A stretch of 63,949 nt of DNA, filler included, from Choristocarpus tenellus KU-1152 (GCA_964200185.2; 9 parts of 9 records of this genome joined end to end with filler, not necessarily neighbours in it), one strand, 5' to 3'; counted from the whole stretch's first letter, positions 40,977 through 54,856 are shown. Numbers and translations: made by a program. Notes: generated from the letters alone by a model not told the origin.

Positions 40977-42159
40977 GGGGTTAGGGTCAGGGCTATGTTA
41001 AAGAGTGGAGAAGGAAGCGATGCCAGAATTTAGAAGGCCCAGGAGGTGGTAGAGTGAAAGATTGACCAAGTTTGTTGTCCCACACACTAATCTAGTGGTC
41101 TAGATGTTGCTTTTTGCACCATGTCCCTCAGGAGGAGGGGGAGATTGTGTTGAGGAAGAGGTTGGTGGTGTGAATCAATGCTGTTGGTCTAAGTGATAGC
41201 AAGTATCGTACTATTTCATTTAAGGCCATGTTACTTTTTGTGTCGTCATCCTCGTACAGCAACTGCCAAATGATTGAGCTCTCTGCGTTTTTGTCCCTTG
41301 GGCCAGTAAGAAAACTTTCATCTCCCTCCCCCCTTCCTCATTCCCCCTCCCCTACCCATGAGAAAGGACATGATTGCCTTTTTCTCATTATGAAAGGATA
41401 TTAGATATCCTGTGTGAAAGAGGTATATGAATGTACTAAAAGAGGTACAGGAGATTGTCCGAGGAGAGAGGCTTGTTTGGTAGACCGCAAACCTCCTCAA
41501 AGCTCAACCTCTGCAACACACTATTCATGTTAGAGCTCAGAGTGGTTTGAGGGTTAGGGAAGGGATGCGGAACTTCGATAGACAAGGACAGGCCTATTAG
41601 GTCTCTTGGGTGCAAACCTTGGGTCCTATTGGTGCTTGATGCTTGTTTTGCTTACTGGCTATTTGATGAGTGAAGGTTACGCCAACACTGACAGGGTAGT
41701 GGTAGTTGCACAGTAAATTCATCCTACAGACTTTTAGAAAATTGTGGGACTATCCTGTTGGTGAAGCTACTCTCAGGACGTATCTCCCCTGAGTGCTAAA
41801 CTGCTGTCAATCTAACTATTTTTCATCTTGTATTGTCTGTTCAGTTCATACTCAATACTCTCGTTGAACAGTGTGTCTGTGACTTGGCTGTGAAGAGTAG
41901 ATAGGGATATAGTAGGCTATGCCAGTGTAGGTAAAATGTTTTCTTCCCCTCCCTCCCACNNNNNNNNNNNNNNNNNNNNNNNNNNNNNNNNNNNNNNNNN
42001 NNNTTAATTAATTAANNNNNNNNNNNNNNNNNNNNNNNNNNNNNNNNNNNNNNNNNNNNCGCACTCAGTTGTCCTTCACCTCCTGCCCTTGCAGTGGTAT
42101 GAGTTTGTCTCACAATTTACAGTCAGGTCCCCCTTTCAACACCTCTCCTGATCCAACAG

Positions 42160-42339
42160 GTGGACAATCAATGGGTGCCGTCCACGGTAAGGCTCTATGC
42201 ACAGATCAAGTTCATGTATAGCAAAATAGTTCCCCTCAGGAATCGCATCTACAGTCTACAGGACAGGAAGCGCTCTATTGAAAAGGAGATCACGGTGGTG
42301 CAAATAGGACAGGGAGAAGGAGGAGGGATCCCCCGCTAG
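42160..42339 (+). CDS. Possible terminal exon of an unidentified gene whose 5' part lies beyond the spacer
   Basis: Acceptor ccaacag| then 60 codons VDNQWVPSTVRLYAQIKFMYSKIVPLRNRIYSLQDRKRSIEKEITVVQIGQGEGGGIPR*, with a coiled-coil-like second half. Confidence 0.35.
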   Translation: MDNQWVPSTVRLYAQIKFMYSKIVPLRNRIYSLQDRKRSIEKEITVVQIGQGEGGGIPR

Positions 42340-45300
42340 GCACTAGTATGAGATGTACACAAGCAAAGAATGGGGAGAGGCAAGTAAACAGGCTTTCATA
42401 CACGGTCGTGTGTGAAGAATCAAGTACTCCGCACAAAAATGCGCTAAAACGGATGCCCCTCCCAGCCCCATCCTACAATAGCCTCTTCCACGAGGCAGCA
42501 TGAATTTGCAGTCAGTCTTGCTGTGAACTGGTTTGTTTGTTGCAAAAAATTAACGGCAACAAACAAACACCTAGATACTACTACGTAGAGTGGTTGCCTG
42601 CAAACTGTTGAAAAAAAAAAAATGGTCCTGAGTATGAGTAGAGTAGTTTGATCCAAAAAAAATACAGTGTGTGATACAGTGCCTTCTCCCCCTTTCCCCC
42701 CAATAACTCAAATTTGGGTATCTATTGAGAGGTACAGAGTTCCATCCCTGCTGCGGTCCCTTGAATGGATGTCTGTGTATGATTTTTTTTTTCATCCCTA
42801 GTCCCCTCGCTTCCCTCCTCTCTACCAAACACTATGTTTCCCAATATTGTCAGTGTTGGACATACACCATAGGCTGGTGCTGCTACCCCTCTTTGCAAAA
42901 GTGTTCACTTTTGCTGTGGTGCATGCCAATCAGAAGGGCAAAACACTTCCTTGTACTTACTCTGGAGTGTTGTGCTTGTCGTGGATGAGGGTGTGTGTTA
43001 ATTTCAGTACACAACCTCGACAACATCATGCCCGCAATGGGACAGCTCGAGCATTTCAGCACTTCAGGCATCGAAGAACTGTCTGGGCAGCAGTCATTTC
43101 AGACTAAATAGATGGGAGTCCAAGAATTGTCCTGAGGGCTTGAGTGTTACATGGGCGATGCAGATGCTTCCAGGAGGTGTACTGATGTTACTTCTAGCAC
43201 TGTGGCAGAATAAATATGTTAACCAAGAATGCAACAGTACTAGAGTGTCACACACAGCACTGTACACATACGAGCTCAACAAAATAGAAGGCAACGATTC
43301 CAAAATGATTCTGAGATATATGTAGATGTATGTAAAAACATCAGTGAAAACATGGCACAAGATGTTTAGTTGTTCCAAATTCAAGCAATTTGTGCGCATG
43401 TGTCAGAACTGATGATAACCCTAAAACCTTTTTCACCAAAATGTCGTGAAACCCATACGATGAATCATCTCAATGCCTGCACCTGAGTGCAACATCGTCA
43501 TCAAGCTACATGCACCCATCTGCGTTCGAACATCTTACATGGCGATGTGCCTTTTGCATTATATCTTGCAGAATGTAGGTAAGCTACTACTTACAAGATA
43601 TTTGAATGTATAAATGATATTTGAATGTATTAACCTCGTACTACGACTACTACTGCACACTGTTTAGCTGATGGCAATGTTACTCTCACACTCAGAACGT
43701 CACCTTCTTGCCTTCCAAGGTCTGAATGACAGAGCAACCAGGGGCCTTGCAGGGTCCTTCACCACCCTGCCACGTCTTGTACACACTCTCAAGGAAGCTA
43801 CCTCTGCAACCAATCTCGATGTGTTGAGGGGTTACGATCCTTGCCTCCAACTCCAATACCCATACATAATGTCATGACACATTGCAGATGTGTGTTGTCA
43901 TGGGGAGACAAGAAGCAACAATCGAGGCAGGGAGTAGTACAACACAGTAACAACCAAGTCTGTAGTGGTTACATCAATAAAAGCCTTCCAATGCAAAAAC
44001 ATGAGATCAAGGTTGCAAGCATCTGACCCCACACTCACTTGTAGAAAACTAAAATCACCTCTTACAAAAAAAAAGAAGGGAATGCTACTGTTGATGAGAT
44101 GCACTGGAGCACACAATCTAAGTCAAGAATAATCTATTAGTAGTAATTTAGTAATCGGTGCCACTAGAAAAAACAATATAATATTGAGGAATAGGAGACA
44201 TGCGACAAGCAGCAACACCTACAAACAATGAAGAATCCCATACAAACCTTTTGAAATAGCAGCACAGTTTCACCTTTTGCAATATTTCCTACCCCATCAA
44301 TATTAGTGCATGAAGCAATCATTATTATTATTATTATTATTATTTTAAGCATGTTTTCAACACTAAATTTACTACTTGTTTGAGGTGTCCGCGTGTCAAG
44401 AGGAATATCCAGTCCTCTGTTTCACAATCCTAAGCCACTTCATACACTCCAACACTAATAACAATAATAATAGTAATACTTAGGAACTGGCACAGCCATG
44501 TACACTCACCTACCATATTGGACATCGCCATACTGAGGCAGGAATTAGTTACCAAAGTGAGTACCTCACCCTACACACAGTGATGAAACCATGAATCATG
44601 GACAGACTCAGCACTCACCGGCTTAAAACACTACCTCTCTGGCTTGGCTTCTCAGAACCAGGTCAACACATCTTTACTTTTTAAGCCTCTACATCTTGCT
44701 TGCATCTGTGTTGGGAATTCTTATCTTGATAGATAGATCACACAACACCCAAGAGGTTCTACATAAATAGTTCAACTGTCTGGTACCAACCAAGCAACTC
44801 GCTTCACCCAACAAACACACCGATAATCACCTCTTTTTTTCTATTTTCAATGGTGCTGAAACAGTATTGGTATGAAGCACACGTTTTTAGATGTCAGGAA
44901 AAGGTACAATCACCCTGTACACTCCCTTGGGTTGTTAATACATAACAATGTTTTGACTGAAGCAACATGTGTAGGTAACTTTAGATGCAACTGGGGAGTG
45001 AACGAACTCCCCTCTCAAAAAAGAGAAAAACACCAGGGACAATCAGTCCCTGTAACTCCTCTATGACTATAGCATGTAGTGCACATGGAAGCTAGCTACA
45101 AAAATTTGTATTTCTGGTTCCAAACACTTTATCTTAACTGTGTTACACATCAACTCATCTTACATATGTTGAACCTGGGGCTCCTTGCGTAAAAGGCCAT
45201 TCACCTGTTACTAAATATTCGCTGCAATGCCTACTCTCAATTTCTCATGTCACTCACTCCAAATTCAAACGATCAAATCCTCATCGCTCCCCCGTCTATG

Positions 45301-45625
45301 TCTAGCAAACCTCATCTGTAGGGAGTACATTGGCTTGTCTTCAAAACAAACACACACACACACACACACGCACACACAAGCTTAACAACCCACAAAAAGA
45401 CCTCAGTACAAAAAAGGAGAACAGAACACCATCACTTGAAGGAAAAGGGTGTTACGGATGACCGGGCCAGGAAGTCAGATCGAAGGAATTGGCTAATCAA
45501 TGAAATCAAACAGAACGCCTTCCATGAAAATGAAAAATATCACAAGCTCACTGACTGCTCTTAGACTTTAACAAGTGCAGCTGTCATCCATGCTTGAATG
45601 CACACTGGTAGATTCCCCTTGACCG

Positions 45626-45815
45626 TCATTTACTCCCCCCCCCCATTGGCCTGCACACCCGAAGGTGTGCCGGTGGCAGCCCTGCCTTGTGCCTTATCCA
45701 GGCTTGAGAAAACGCCTCCTCAGCATCAAGAACCCACCTCTGGGTGTCAAAGAGTGGGCAGGTAAGCCGTCCCTTCTCAAGTCTGTCTCTAAGTCCCCGG
45801 CGCCGCTGCCCATCC
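45626..45815 (-). CDS. Last exon of an O-GlcNAc transferase / SPINDLY-like (GT41) gene, partial
   Basis: Acceptor ccttacag| then ...GLRDRLEKGRLTCPLFDTQRWVLDAEEAFSQAWIRHKAGLPPAHL, matching the GT41 C-terminal pattern LR..L...R...PLFDT......E.....W.R...G..P.H. A possible small preceding exon lies at about 45925-45879; the rest is cut by the spacer. Confidence 0.7.
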
Positions 45816-46850
45816 CTGTAAGGTTGTACAGTTGAAGACACGGAATGGGCAGGCATCGTTGGCAATCATTCATTCCACCCTTGTGGGTACATCAGCGAGG
45901 ATCTTGGAGCTCTAATGCCAACGTACTTTCAAAAATAAGAGGTTGATGTTAAGTGTGAGCAAGGGGGGGGGGGGATTTGGGAGGGGATACTATGACAATT
46001 CTGCACGCTCCTGTCATGCGGANNNNNNNNNNNNNNNNNNNNNNNNNNNNNNNNNNNNNNNNNNNNTTAATTAATTAANNNNNNNNNNNNNNNNNNNNNN
46101 NNNNNNNNNNNNNNNNNNNNNNGGATAATGTAAATGCACTTTTCCTGATTTGGGTTTAAATGGACACCCTGGTGTAGACCCCCCCCCCACCCCCCCCAGA
46201 CACTTTGGGTCATGCATTGCCAGAACTATTCATGATCTTCTCTTTCGGTGTATTAGAAACGGACAGGAGCACGCCACTTGGTCCATCAAAACCACACCTT
46301 CTCCCTCATTGAAAAGCGGTTGGTGTTTTTATATATAGCCTTGATGTACATTTGGGTTTTGTGTAGTTCTATTCAATATACACACATGATTTACTGTACA
46401 TATTCATAGATGCACATGCTATTAAAAATATTAGACCTGTATGTTTTCAGAATACATGTATTATATGCATGGTAACGATCCAATGTATGCCTGATGTGTG
46501 TCGTGTTAGATACAAACCACCTCCACCATGCATGCATGATTAAACCCACCCAATCCGATGAAGTGCACTACTGAAAGACTACCACCCACTGGGCTACAAG
46601 GGCCGCTCATTATGTGTGTAGTGTGTAACACAGAGTGCGTATTATCCCATCATTTTACATTCAACAACAATATTCACAATGCTTTGTTCTTCTCCTTTTG
46701 TGATATTGGCTTAGTAGAAGAAAACACTTTGCTCCCATCGATAGACTATGCTGCGGAGTACTACACTGTTTGACAATTATTTTCTCCTTAATACTGCCCA
46801 TATCAAAAAGATACCAATGGTGACTTGAGCAGCAGAATTTAGAAGTATTT

Positions 46851-47024
46851 GACTCAAAGTATCAGAGGGGGGGTAACGAATATCCATTTGGGTCCCATTT
46901 TTCCATGTCGCGATTTTGAGGTGATTTGGTTGCATTTCGGATGGACAATGTAAGTGCGATTTTCCTGATCACAGTCCGAATGGACACCCTGGTGTAGATT
47001 GCCCCCCCCCCAGACACTTGGGTC
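46851..47024 (-). mobile_element. MITE family A, inverted copy
   Basis: Reverse complement of the 25440 element; flanks TTT/TTT. Confidence 0.85.
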
Positions 47025-47306
47025 TTTCGCGCAAGTTTTGGTTACACATTGCTTGTATGGATCCAAATCTGTTCTGTGCCCATAACTTATTTTAACGGTA
47101 AAAAACCAACCACACAGATATAAATAAATAGACATCACACAAAAAACATGTTACCTCTGGTACCGATGGCAGTAGTAGTGACCAACAACAAAGAACACCA
47201 TCATGTTGTATGTGTGAAGTTGACCATAAAAAATTCTTACTTTGGTCATTAGTATTGTCTAATTTCGTCACTATTATTACAAGCATTCATGTGCTAACAC
47301 AGGCCA

Positions 47307-47470
47307 TATAACAGCCGATTTCAAAAATTGAGGATGGGCTTGACCCAAAATTGACTGGGATAAAGTGTCGATATGTTTTTTTTGTATTGTCATTAAAAAA
47401 AAAAATCATCTGACTTTATCGCAGTCTATTTTGGGTCAAGCCCATCCTTAATTTTTGAAATAGACTTATA
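47307..47470. mobile_element. Foldback (hairpin) MITE-like element with inverted arms of about 55 bp
   Basis: ATTTCAAAAATTGAGGATGGGCTTGACCCAAAATTGACTGGGATAAAGT ... ACTTTATCGCAGTCTATTTTGGGTCAAGCCCATCCTTAATTTTTGAAAT; one related arm at about 26802-26882. Confidence 0.75.
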
Positions 47471-48753
47471 TGTGGGAGACCGGCTACAAATGCGTAGAAC
47501 ACATTATCAATGAGGTAACATAGTTGATGTCATGCCCCACACACACAGATCCAGGGCTTTCACTAAAGTCTGCAATAGGTCCCTTGTACTTAAATCCATT
47601 CCACAGGACTGTCCTTTCTGTGTCAGACATTTATGTAATAATGTAAGTCATCCTACAATAAGCAAGACCTGTTCATCAAAGCTGAGTCACACCTTAGTAG
47701 GCTTGAGTTAAGTCCTATGGGAAGTACCGTTGAATATTCACTCAACAAGAAGAGCGAAATCGGGAAACCTCCACTCTACCGAATGGTGGTGCATACGAAA
47801 AATGTTGTCTACCACACTGACTCTTAATTTCTATCGTTTGAGACCTATTACAGGCAATACTACAAAGTTGCATGACATATATGTGCAGAGTTCTTTTTTT
47901 TTACAAATATGTGTAGGATATGTTCCGAGTTGTGTTGGAATTTTTCAACAATTAGAGAAATGAACACTCTCAAATCAAACTTAGGATCCACAGAAATATG
48001 GGTAAACTACAAAATAATGGAAAACTGGATTGAAAAGCAAAACGGTCAAATCCTGGGTACCTCTTGTTAACCTCGGTTCAAAAGCAATATTTTTAAGACG
48101 ATGCCAATTTCAGATTCTGAAGAACGTCACGTTTCTTGATGGTTGTTCTTGGTTCAAGGTAGGTCCTGAAGGAGATCTCCAACAAATAATAAAATGCTTA
48201 GATCTGTGACAACTCTGAAAAGATGGTATGAACATGTTAGCAGCAATCACAATGTTTACAAGAAAGCATCACATTTCCAATTTCACTACAATATTAGCAT
48301 AAGAGCTCATCAAGCCTACAGAATCTAGACATGGATAGCTAAAGGGGGGGCGTATATGTGAACATGGCCACTCCAAGTTTAACAGAATAATGAACATTTC
48401 CTGTCATATTAAAGAATGCTTCATGAAAAGGATCACAGGGCTGATGGTAACTTCAGTTGAAAGTTTATGACAAAACTCACATACGAACTCGCCGTTTAAG
48501 GTTTTTATTTGCCAATGCAATTGTCTTACCACTGAATCTCGACTGAAGAAACAAGTGAATCAATGTGTGTTCTCTCACCTGGAACATGTTCCCTAATTCA
48601 AATGCAAACCTTAGCTTAGCATCCACCATCCTAGTCCTTTTGACCCTCCCCCANNNNNNNNNNNNNNNNNNNNNNNNNNNNNNNNNNNNNNNNNNNNTTA
48701 ATTAATTAANNNNNNNNNNNNNNNNNNNNNNNNNNNNNNNNNNNNNNNNNNNN

Positions 48754-51700
48754 GTGCCAAGGGCAGCCCCTCAACCCCCCGTGGACTCGTGCAACAGCAA
48801 CCTAGAGGCAATGAGTTGCTCAGGGGCTGGGCCCCCCCCCCCCCCTGCCCAGAACTCCTGCGACTTCTGCGGCGTTTGACCCTACCGTAGCAGGAGGGGT
48901 TGAGGTCAAGCCGGAGTGGGTAGTAGCGGCTTTGGCGAGGTGTGGGGGGGATAGGGATCAGGCGGAGGAGTTTATCCAGTCACGGCCCCCGGACGAGATG
49001 GAGAGGATGGTGGAGGAGGACCGTAATGAGGAGAAGAAGAGAAAGGAGAGGGAGGAGAGGGAGAGGCACAGGGTGTGGTTCTGGCAGGTATTGGGTTGTG
49101 TGTGTTAAGGGACTGGTCTGGGTAGAGAGAGTAGGGTTAAGAGTAGGGTTAGAGAGTTAGGGTTAGGGTTAGAGAGGGTAGGGACTGCCGGTGGGGAAGG
49201 AGAGGGACGACTAACCAAGCCTTGAATGCGGAAAAGTGTTGTGCTTGGTTAGTCTGACGGACTTTGGGGAGAGGCGGCGTTTCTTGGTTGTGTGTGTGTT
49301 TTTTTGTTTGTTTCGTTTGCTCTCCTGTTTTTCTCGTACTGACAACACGTGCGTCTGCATGTTCTTGTGGGTTTGGTGCGCTGCTCGCCGGTGTTTCGTT
49401 TGCCCCCCCCCCCACCCCGTGCTATTTTTGTTGTTTCTTTGAAAAGGATAAAGTGCCCAATACCGACCAGTATGTGCTGGAGTGGGAATCGGAGCTGCTG
49501 ATTGAGCTGGGGAAAAGTGTTGAGGTGTGCTTCAATTATATGTTCAATGTGTGTGTGTGTTTTTTTTTCTAGGGGGGGGCGGGGAAGCACATCTGCAGAT
49601 ATTCTAGGGCTGTACAAGCGTATTTTTTTAATTTATTTACGACCAGGTTCATTTTCGCGATGCTCTGTCCATGCCGCTGTGTGCTAGTGTGTTGATTGTT
49701 TGTTTCATCCTGTTTAGTAACTTATTGATTGTGTGTTAATTGTACACTATGTAGGGTTTTTTTTTATTGCGCTACTTGTATACTTTTATTTGTTTTTATT
49801 TAGTTAACCGTGTGCTGTACCTTCTTTGTGCATTTACTGTACCTTTTTTAAGAGGTAATGGCAATTGCAATCGAGGTGAGACTAAGTCTGCGCTCCGAGC
49901 AAAGACCTAGGAATATACAATTTCACAATATCTAATCAATATCTCATCTCATATCCTGCGTCTCCTCTTTGCTACAGACTGTCATGAAGAGTCTGAGTTC
50001 CAGTGCCCTACAGGAGACTCTCAAGTACACCACTCTTGCTGCGGTGGTAACTGCTATTTCATGGCCCTTAGCATTGGTGAGAGGAGACTTGAGACCAGGG
50101 CTTCCAATATGTGTGTACATTAACAGGGGGTGGGCATTGGAGTAGGACAGTTGCTGAGCAATGTGTCTGGGGATAGAGTAGTGCTTATTAATTAGAAACA
50201 AAATGGGTTTTTGCGAGGTATCTTTGAAACCCAAAAAGATTGGGATGGAGTAGTGCATTCTTATTCTGTGTATATATGTATGTATGTATATATATATATT
50301 GACTGTTGTGGGGAATGTATTCGGTGGCCTGAGAAGGAGAATGAATAAGGAGGAATGCTTTGTGAACAGCAGTGTGGGATGTGTCGAAATTGTTTTGTGT
50401 TCTGATCTCAGGGGGAACAACCTTTGTAGCGTGTGTGGGCGTGAGGTATCGGCACTGATGCTTCTGCACTAAGAGAGGATACTCTCCCCAGGGAGAGCAA
50501 TAGTTGGCCTAGTAGACAACATTCACGTAGCAACTCTAACCCTAAGCCAAGCAGAAGAAGAGTAGTGGTGTATGCTTGACAGTACTTGAAGTTTGGAAAT
50601 AGACTTTAAAGATACTCCCACCTCTCCCGTTTGACTAGACCACACTCATGCTGTGCCGATGATGCCCTCCCCCCCACCCCACCCCCACCCCCCACCCCTT
50701 TCTTGTACCCCTACCACTTCCAGTTCAGCCTGGCAAACATGATAGACACCGACTGGACTGTGGGGAAGGAACGTGCAGACCTTGCCGGAAAGATTTTGGC
50801 TGATGTCCTTCTCAACAGAGAGCAGGTGTTTGCTTTTCTCAGGTTATTTTTATATGTTTAGGCGAGTCGGCGAATCCCCTTTGTTCTCTTTCTTGGCAGT
50901 GTTAGTTGGGTATTGACTGGGGGTTATGGACACACATATATATGTACATAAGTATGTGTATGTATGTGAATACGTGTGTGTGGTAGTACTCTGTACTTTC
51001 AAGTGTGTATGGAATTGTAATTCTTTACATAGTGGTTTAAAGTGCATTCTATGCAGTGGCCCTTGGAGCGCTTTGTAGCCCATTTGGGAAGTATGTCAAC
51101 TGCAGGTGCCCGTACATGGCTGAACCAAAATAGCAGCAAGGTCAATCCTACTGGCATAATCAAGACAATGATCTAGAAGTGGTAGCCAATGGTGTGTTGG
51201 CTGAGGTATATCACAAACCGTTATTGACTCAGCACACACTCTAGAATTTTCTTGGCATTTTCATTTCGCCTGGTGCATTTTTGTTTTTGTGGTCCTATCA
51301 CGTGATATGCACAACAGTATAAACAGATTACCCAATTTATTTTCCATCAGAGTATTAATACTGCTACTGTAGGCCTCTCGAAACCTGATGCTCGATTCGA
51401 CATTCGACTGAACCATTACTCCCATTTTTGAGAGGCTTTGTACAAAGCATTTGTGGGTAAAATCGGGCTTCTTGAAATAGAGGCAAGTCGCGAGTCTCCT
51501 CCAACTACGACTTCGGTGGTACTTTGATGTGAGAGGAAGGGGGGATAGACTGATGCTAGACTGATGCTAGACAACATGCATCGGACATTTAGGATGTCTT
51601 CTGTAAATATGGGTCAAAACGGTCAATCAGTTGTTGCCTCAAGTTGGAACGCCTAGGCAGTATTCCCACTGGGTCTTTCTACACATGAAGTAGGAGGGTT

Positions 51701-52253
51701 GTTATCAACTCCTGGGGGGACAATCAGTGTTGGAGTTGTCTCCAGGAGATGGGATGTTTTGGCCCTTGTCCAAGCATTCCATTTACTAGTGATGGCATGC
51801 TGAGGAAGAGCCCTGCCCAATCGTGAATGTGATTGCCTGAGATGTTTGGGTGAGGAACAAGAGGGTCAGAATGACTCCCATCTGTCGTGTTTATGAAATA
51901 AACGATGTAAGCCGATGTCCTTTACATTAAGTCAACACTATCGGTAGAGTTAAAAGAAAAAGTCGGTTAGAGTTGTTCTTAGGCATTTCTGGGGAGCAAG
52001 CTTTTGAGACTCGAGTTGTTTCCATGCAAAATAGGTAGAGGAACAAGGGAGTCTTTGCTCAAATTGTAGCGTGTACCTGCTGCAGAAAAACCTGAGAGTG
52101 ATGTTCAGTGTTAAGCCCCTCATCTGTCCGTGTGCTGTGAATGTTTGTCAGGGCTGTAGACCTGTCACTTTAGTGGCATCATCTGTGGGTGCCCGTTTGG
52201 TGTTTTCCTGCCTTGAGGAGATGGCTCGGAGGCATGAGCTTTGGGAAGAAATG
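48754..52253 (+). CDS. TMCO4 / DUF726 (Mil1-like) alpha/beta-hydrolase-fold protein, internal fragment
   Basis: Exons (48754)-49087, 49447-49524, 49978-50076, 50724-50825, 52152-52253 join in frame: QYVLEWESELLIELGKSV..LKYTTLAAVVTAISWPLAL..NMIDTDWTVGKERADLAGKILADVLLNREQGCRPVTLVASSVGARLVFSCLEEMA. Confidence 0.88.
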
Positions 52254-53142
52254 GTGAGGAGGAGGAGGAGGAGGAGGAGGAGGGATGCAGAATGATGATT
52301 GCGATTTGTGTATTCCCAGTCTCAGATATATTTGGAGGTCTGGGAAGCATTCCGTATTGTGATGGGAGAAGATGTCGAGACCTTGAAAACTGATGTATTG
52401 ACTCGTGCCGAATATATTTTTGTGTGAGTAGTGCAATAGTGCTTGATGTCATTGGACGTGTTGATTTGTGTGTACTATTCTGTAGTCTCTGCGAAAGGCG
52501 CCGTCAAGTTCCACCTGGGAGGGGGTGTAGTGGTGTAGTGGAAGGCTGCTTTTTGTCTTGAACCGTTTTGTCTATCTGCTTGCTGTCTTTGACCCTCTTG
52601 TTGCGCTAAAGGACAAACCTCAAAAACGTTTTTGAACTCTGTCGAACCTGTCACCTCATCTTCCGTTTTGTGTGCTTGTGGCCTCTCGCCACTGAACAAA
52701 CTTGCGGCGATTGACTCCTCAGGGGTCTCTAGAAACGCCTGCCTCAATATGTACTCCCTCTGTTTCGTAAGTCTCTTCCTTTATGCATGTACCTCTTCAG
52801 GATGACCTCCGATTTCAAGAACGGATTTTTACGTTGGATTCCTCGGAAAATTTTACGTAAGACGAGTTACATTTGAAGAGTATAGGAAAGTCTGAACTGT
52901 GCTGAAACATAGGCTACTCATCTTTTGTGCTATTGATATTATACTCCTTAGGGTTAGGGTTAGTCTGTTCCCTTACGCATGTGCCTCTTTGGGATAACCT
53001 CCGATTTAAAAACAGATTTTTGCGTTGGATTCCTTGGGGGGGNNNNNNNNNNNNNNNNNNNNNNNNNNNNNNNNNNNNNNNNNNNNTTAATTAATTAANN
53101 NNNNNNNNNNNNNNNNNNNNNNNNNNNNNNNNNNNNNNNNNN

Positions 53143-54856
53143 CACTTGCCAGTTCACCGCCATGGCCCACCAGCTTCTTCTCAAGCATGTGGATGAGGGA
53201 TTTAGGCCAGACTTTGAGCTCAGGTACATGTACAATGTCGATGCTAGCAAAAAATCCCAGGAGGGGGAACCTTGCAGGACTGGTAGTCATGCTGACAGAA
53301 TGGGGAGAATATTGTTTAAGAGGGAAGGTTCAATTGTAAATGGAGGGCGTTGGCTTCTTAATTCGTGCCTCATTCTTCAACAATAGTGATACCTGAAGCT
53401 ACGTTGATCCAGTGGAACCGCCATGATATAATCATTTCAGGATAAAACTCCCACAGAGGTTGTACCTTTTCTAGGGATTTACGAGGTTTACCTATCTGAT
53501 CCGCCGATAGAGTGAGGAAACCATTTACATCTGTCACACCAAAAACGTATGCTTACAGCTATGTTCAAGCAACACCATTGGTGAACACAATGTGTGATAT
53601 TGATATTCACCGAGATTCAAATATGCTGACATTGAAATTGCAACACCCTTCTGTGTCTTGAAATTCTTCACGGTGTTGATACCAGTAGTTCCCAACAACC
53701 CCTCAGAGGTAGATAGCTGTTCATTCATCATGATAACTAAACAATCTTGCCAACCTCGATGCTTCTTGTACAGGAAGCTTGCAGTTGAGCATATCAAAAA
53801 TAATGAGGAGGAATTTAAGGCGTTCTTGGGGAACTGCAATGCAAAAACCAGGGCCCAGAAAAAGGTGGGCATACCATTGCAAGGCACAGCACAACACTGT
53901 CCTCTTCCATCTTGTACGTTCTCCAGACTTTGGAGGAGGAGATATGAAGACTGCAGGGTAGTTGGTGGATGACAGAGTCCCTTCTAGGTTGATAAGGTTT
54001 TGATTCAAGGCCTAAGGGGAAGGACGGGAGCGTGGGTGATGGGACTCATGGGCACTAGCTCCACACATGATCTGGGAAAAATATTGTGTATGATATCCTT
54101 GCTCTTCCCTTCCCGTTGCCCCTACTAATCTCCGTGCCTGTGCTTGATTGTCTAAACCTTGTCACACTAAAGCACGGGTATCTTCTACAGAGGGGTACAC
54201 CAAACCACTTTTCCACCTCCACTCGTTTGACCTGCAGAAAAACGGAAATAGGAAAGGGATAATATTGCCATGAACCAGCCCATTGGGTTGGAGAAATCTT
54301 GTAGAATTTGTCCTTGTTGAACGACACAGTGATGTACGGGGAAAAATGCAATCAACACCCACCCAAATATTTCAGACTTCGTAGGCCTCACCCACCCAGT
54401 TTGCCACCCTCTCACTTCAGTCAGTCGTCCACAAAATCTACGTCCTAACAAGTTGATGTCCCCTATATATACCTGTTCCTGTGTAATCCAGAAAGCCTTT
54501 CATCTCTGCCTCATCATATGAATATCTAAACTTGAAGCATTTTCTATTCAGTCATCCATTTCTTCAAGTCTGCCCAATCTCTCACCTCTACGCCCCTCCT
54601 ACTCCGCCCAGATACCAAATGCTCCACACATCCCTCTTTGGCCCCTCTTCTCCCTCTGTATGACCCAGTGCCCCTGCCTTTCCTCCATGTCTCTGGACCC
54701 CACTAATATATGCTGTCACTTACTCCCCTCTCACTATTTACTAATGCCTAGGTGGGTGGCACGGCAATCACTATGGATGATTTTGTGAAAAAGATGAGCT
54801 GTACTTCTACCGACGGGGATCACCTCACCTTGCAGGCATTATCCAGTATATTCAAT
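53143..54856 (+). CDS. OTU-family cysteine protease (deubiquitinase) domain, partial
   Basis: Exons 53143-53223, 53774-53864, 54752-54856: TCQFTAMAHQL (catalytic Cys motif, cf. DGNCQFRALADQL), RKLAVEHIKNNEEEFKAFL, FVKKMSCTSTDGDHLTLQALSSIFN (cf. WGDH.TLQA). A possible His exon QVYLEHDTKINGHY lies at 55290-55330. Confidence 0.78.

Noticed and set aside
52475-53040. Antisense ORF plus a duplicated segment of about 75 bp downstream of the last visible DUF726 exon
   Set aside because: Upstream pieces contain stops and there is no recognisable family; probably a degenerate repeat.
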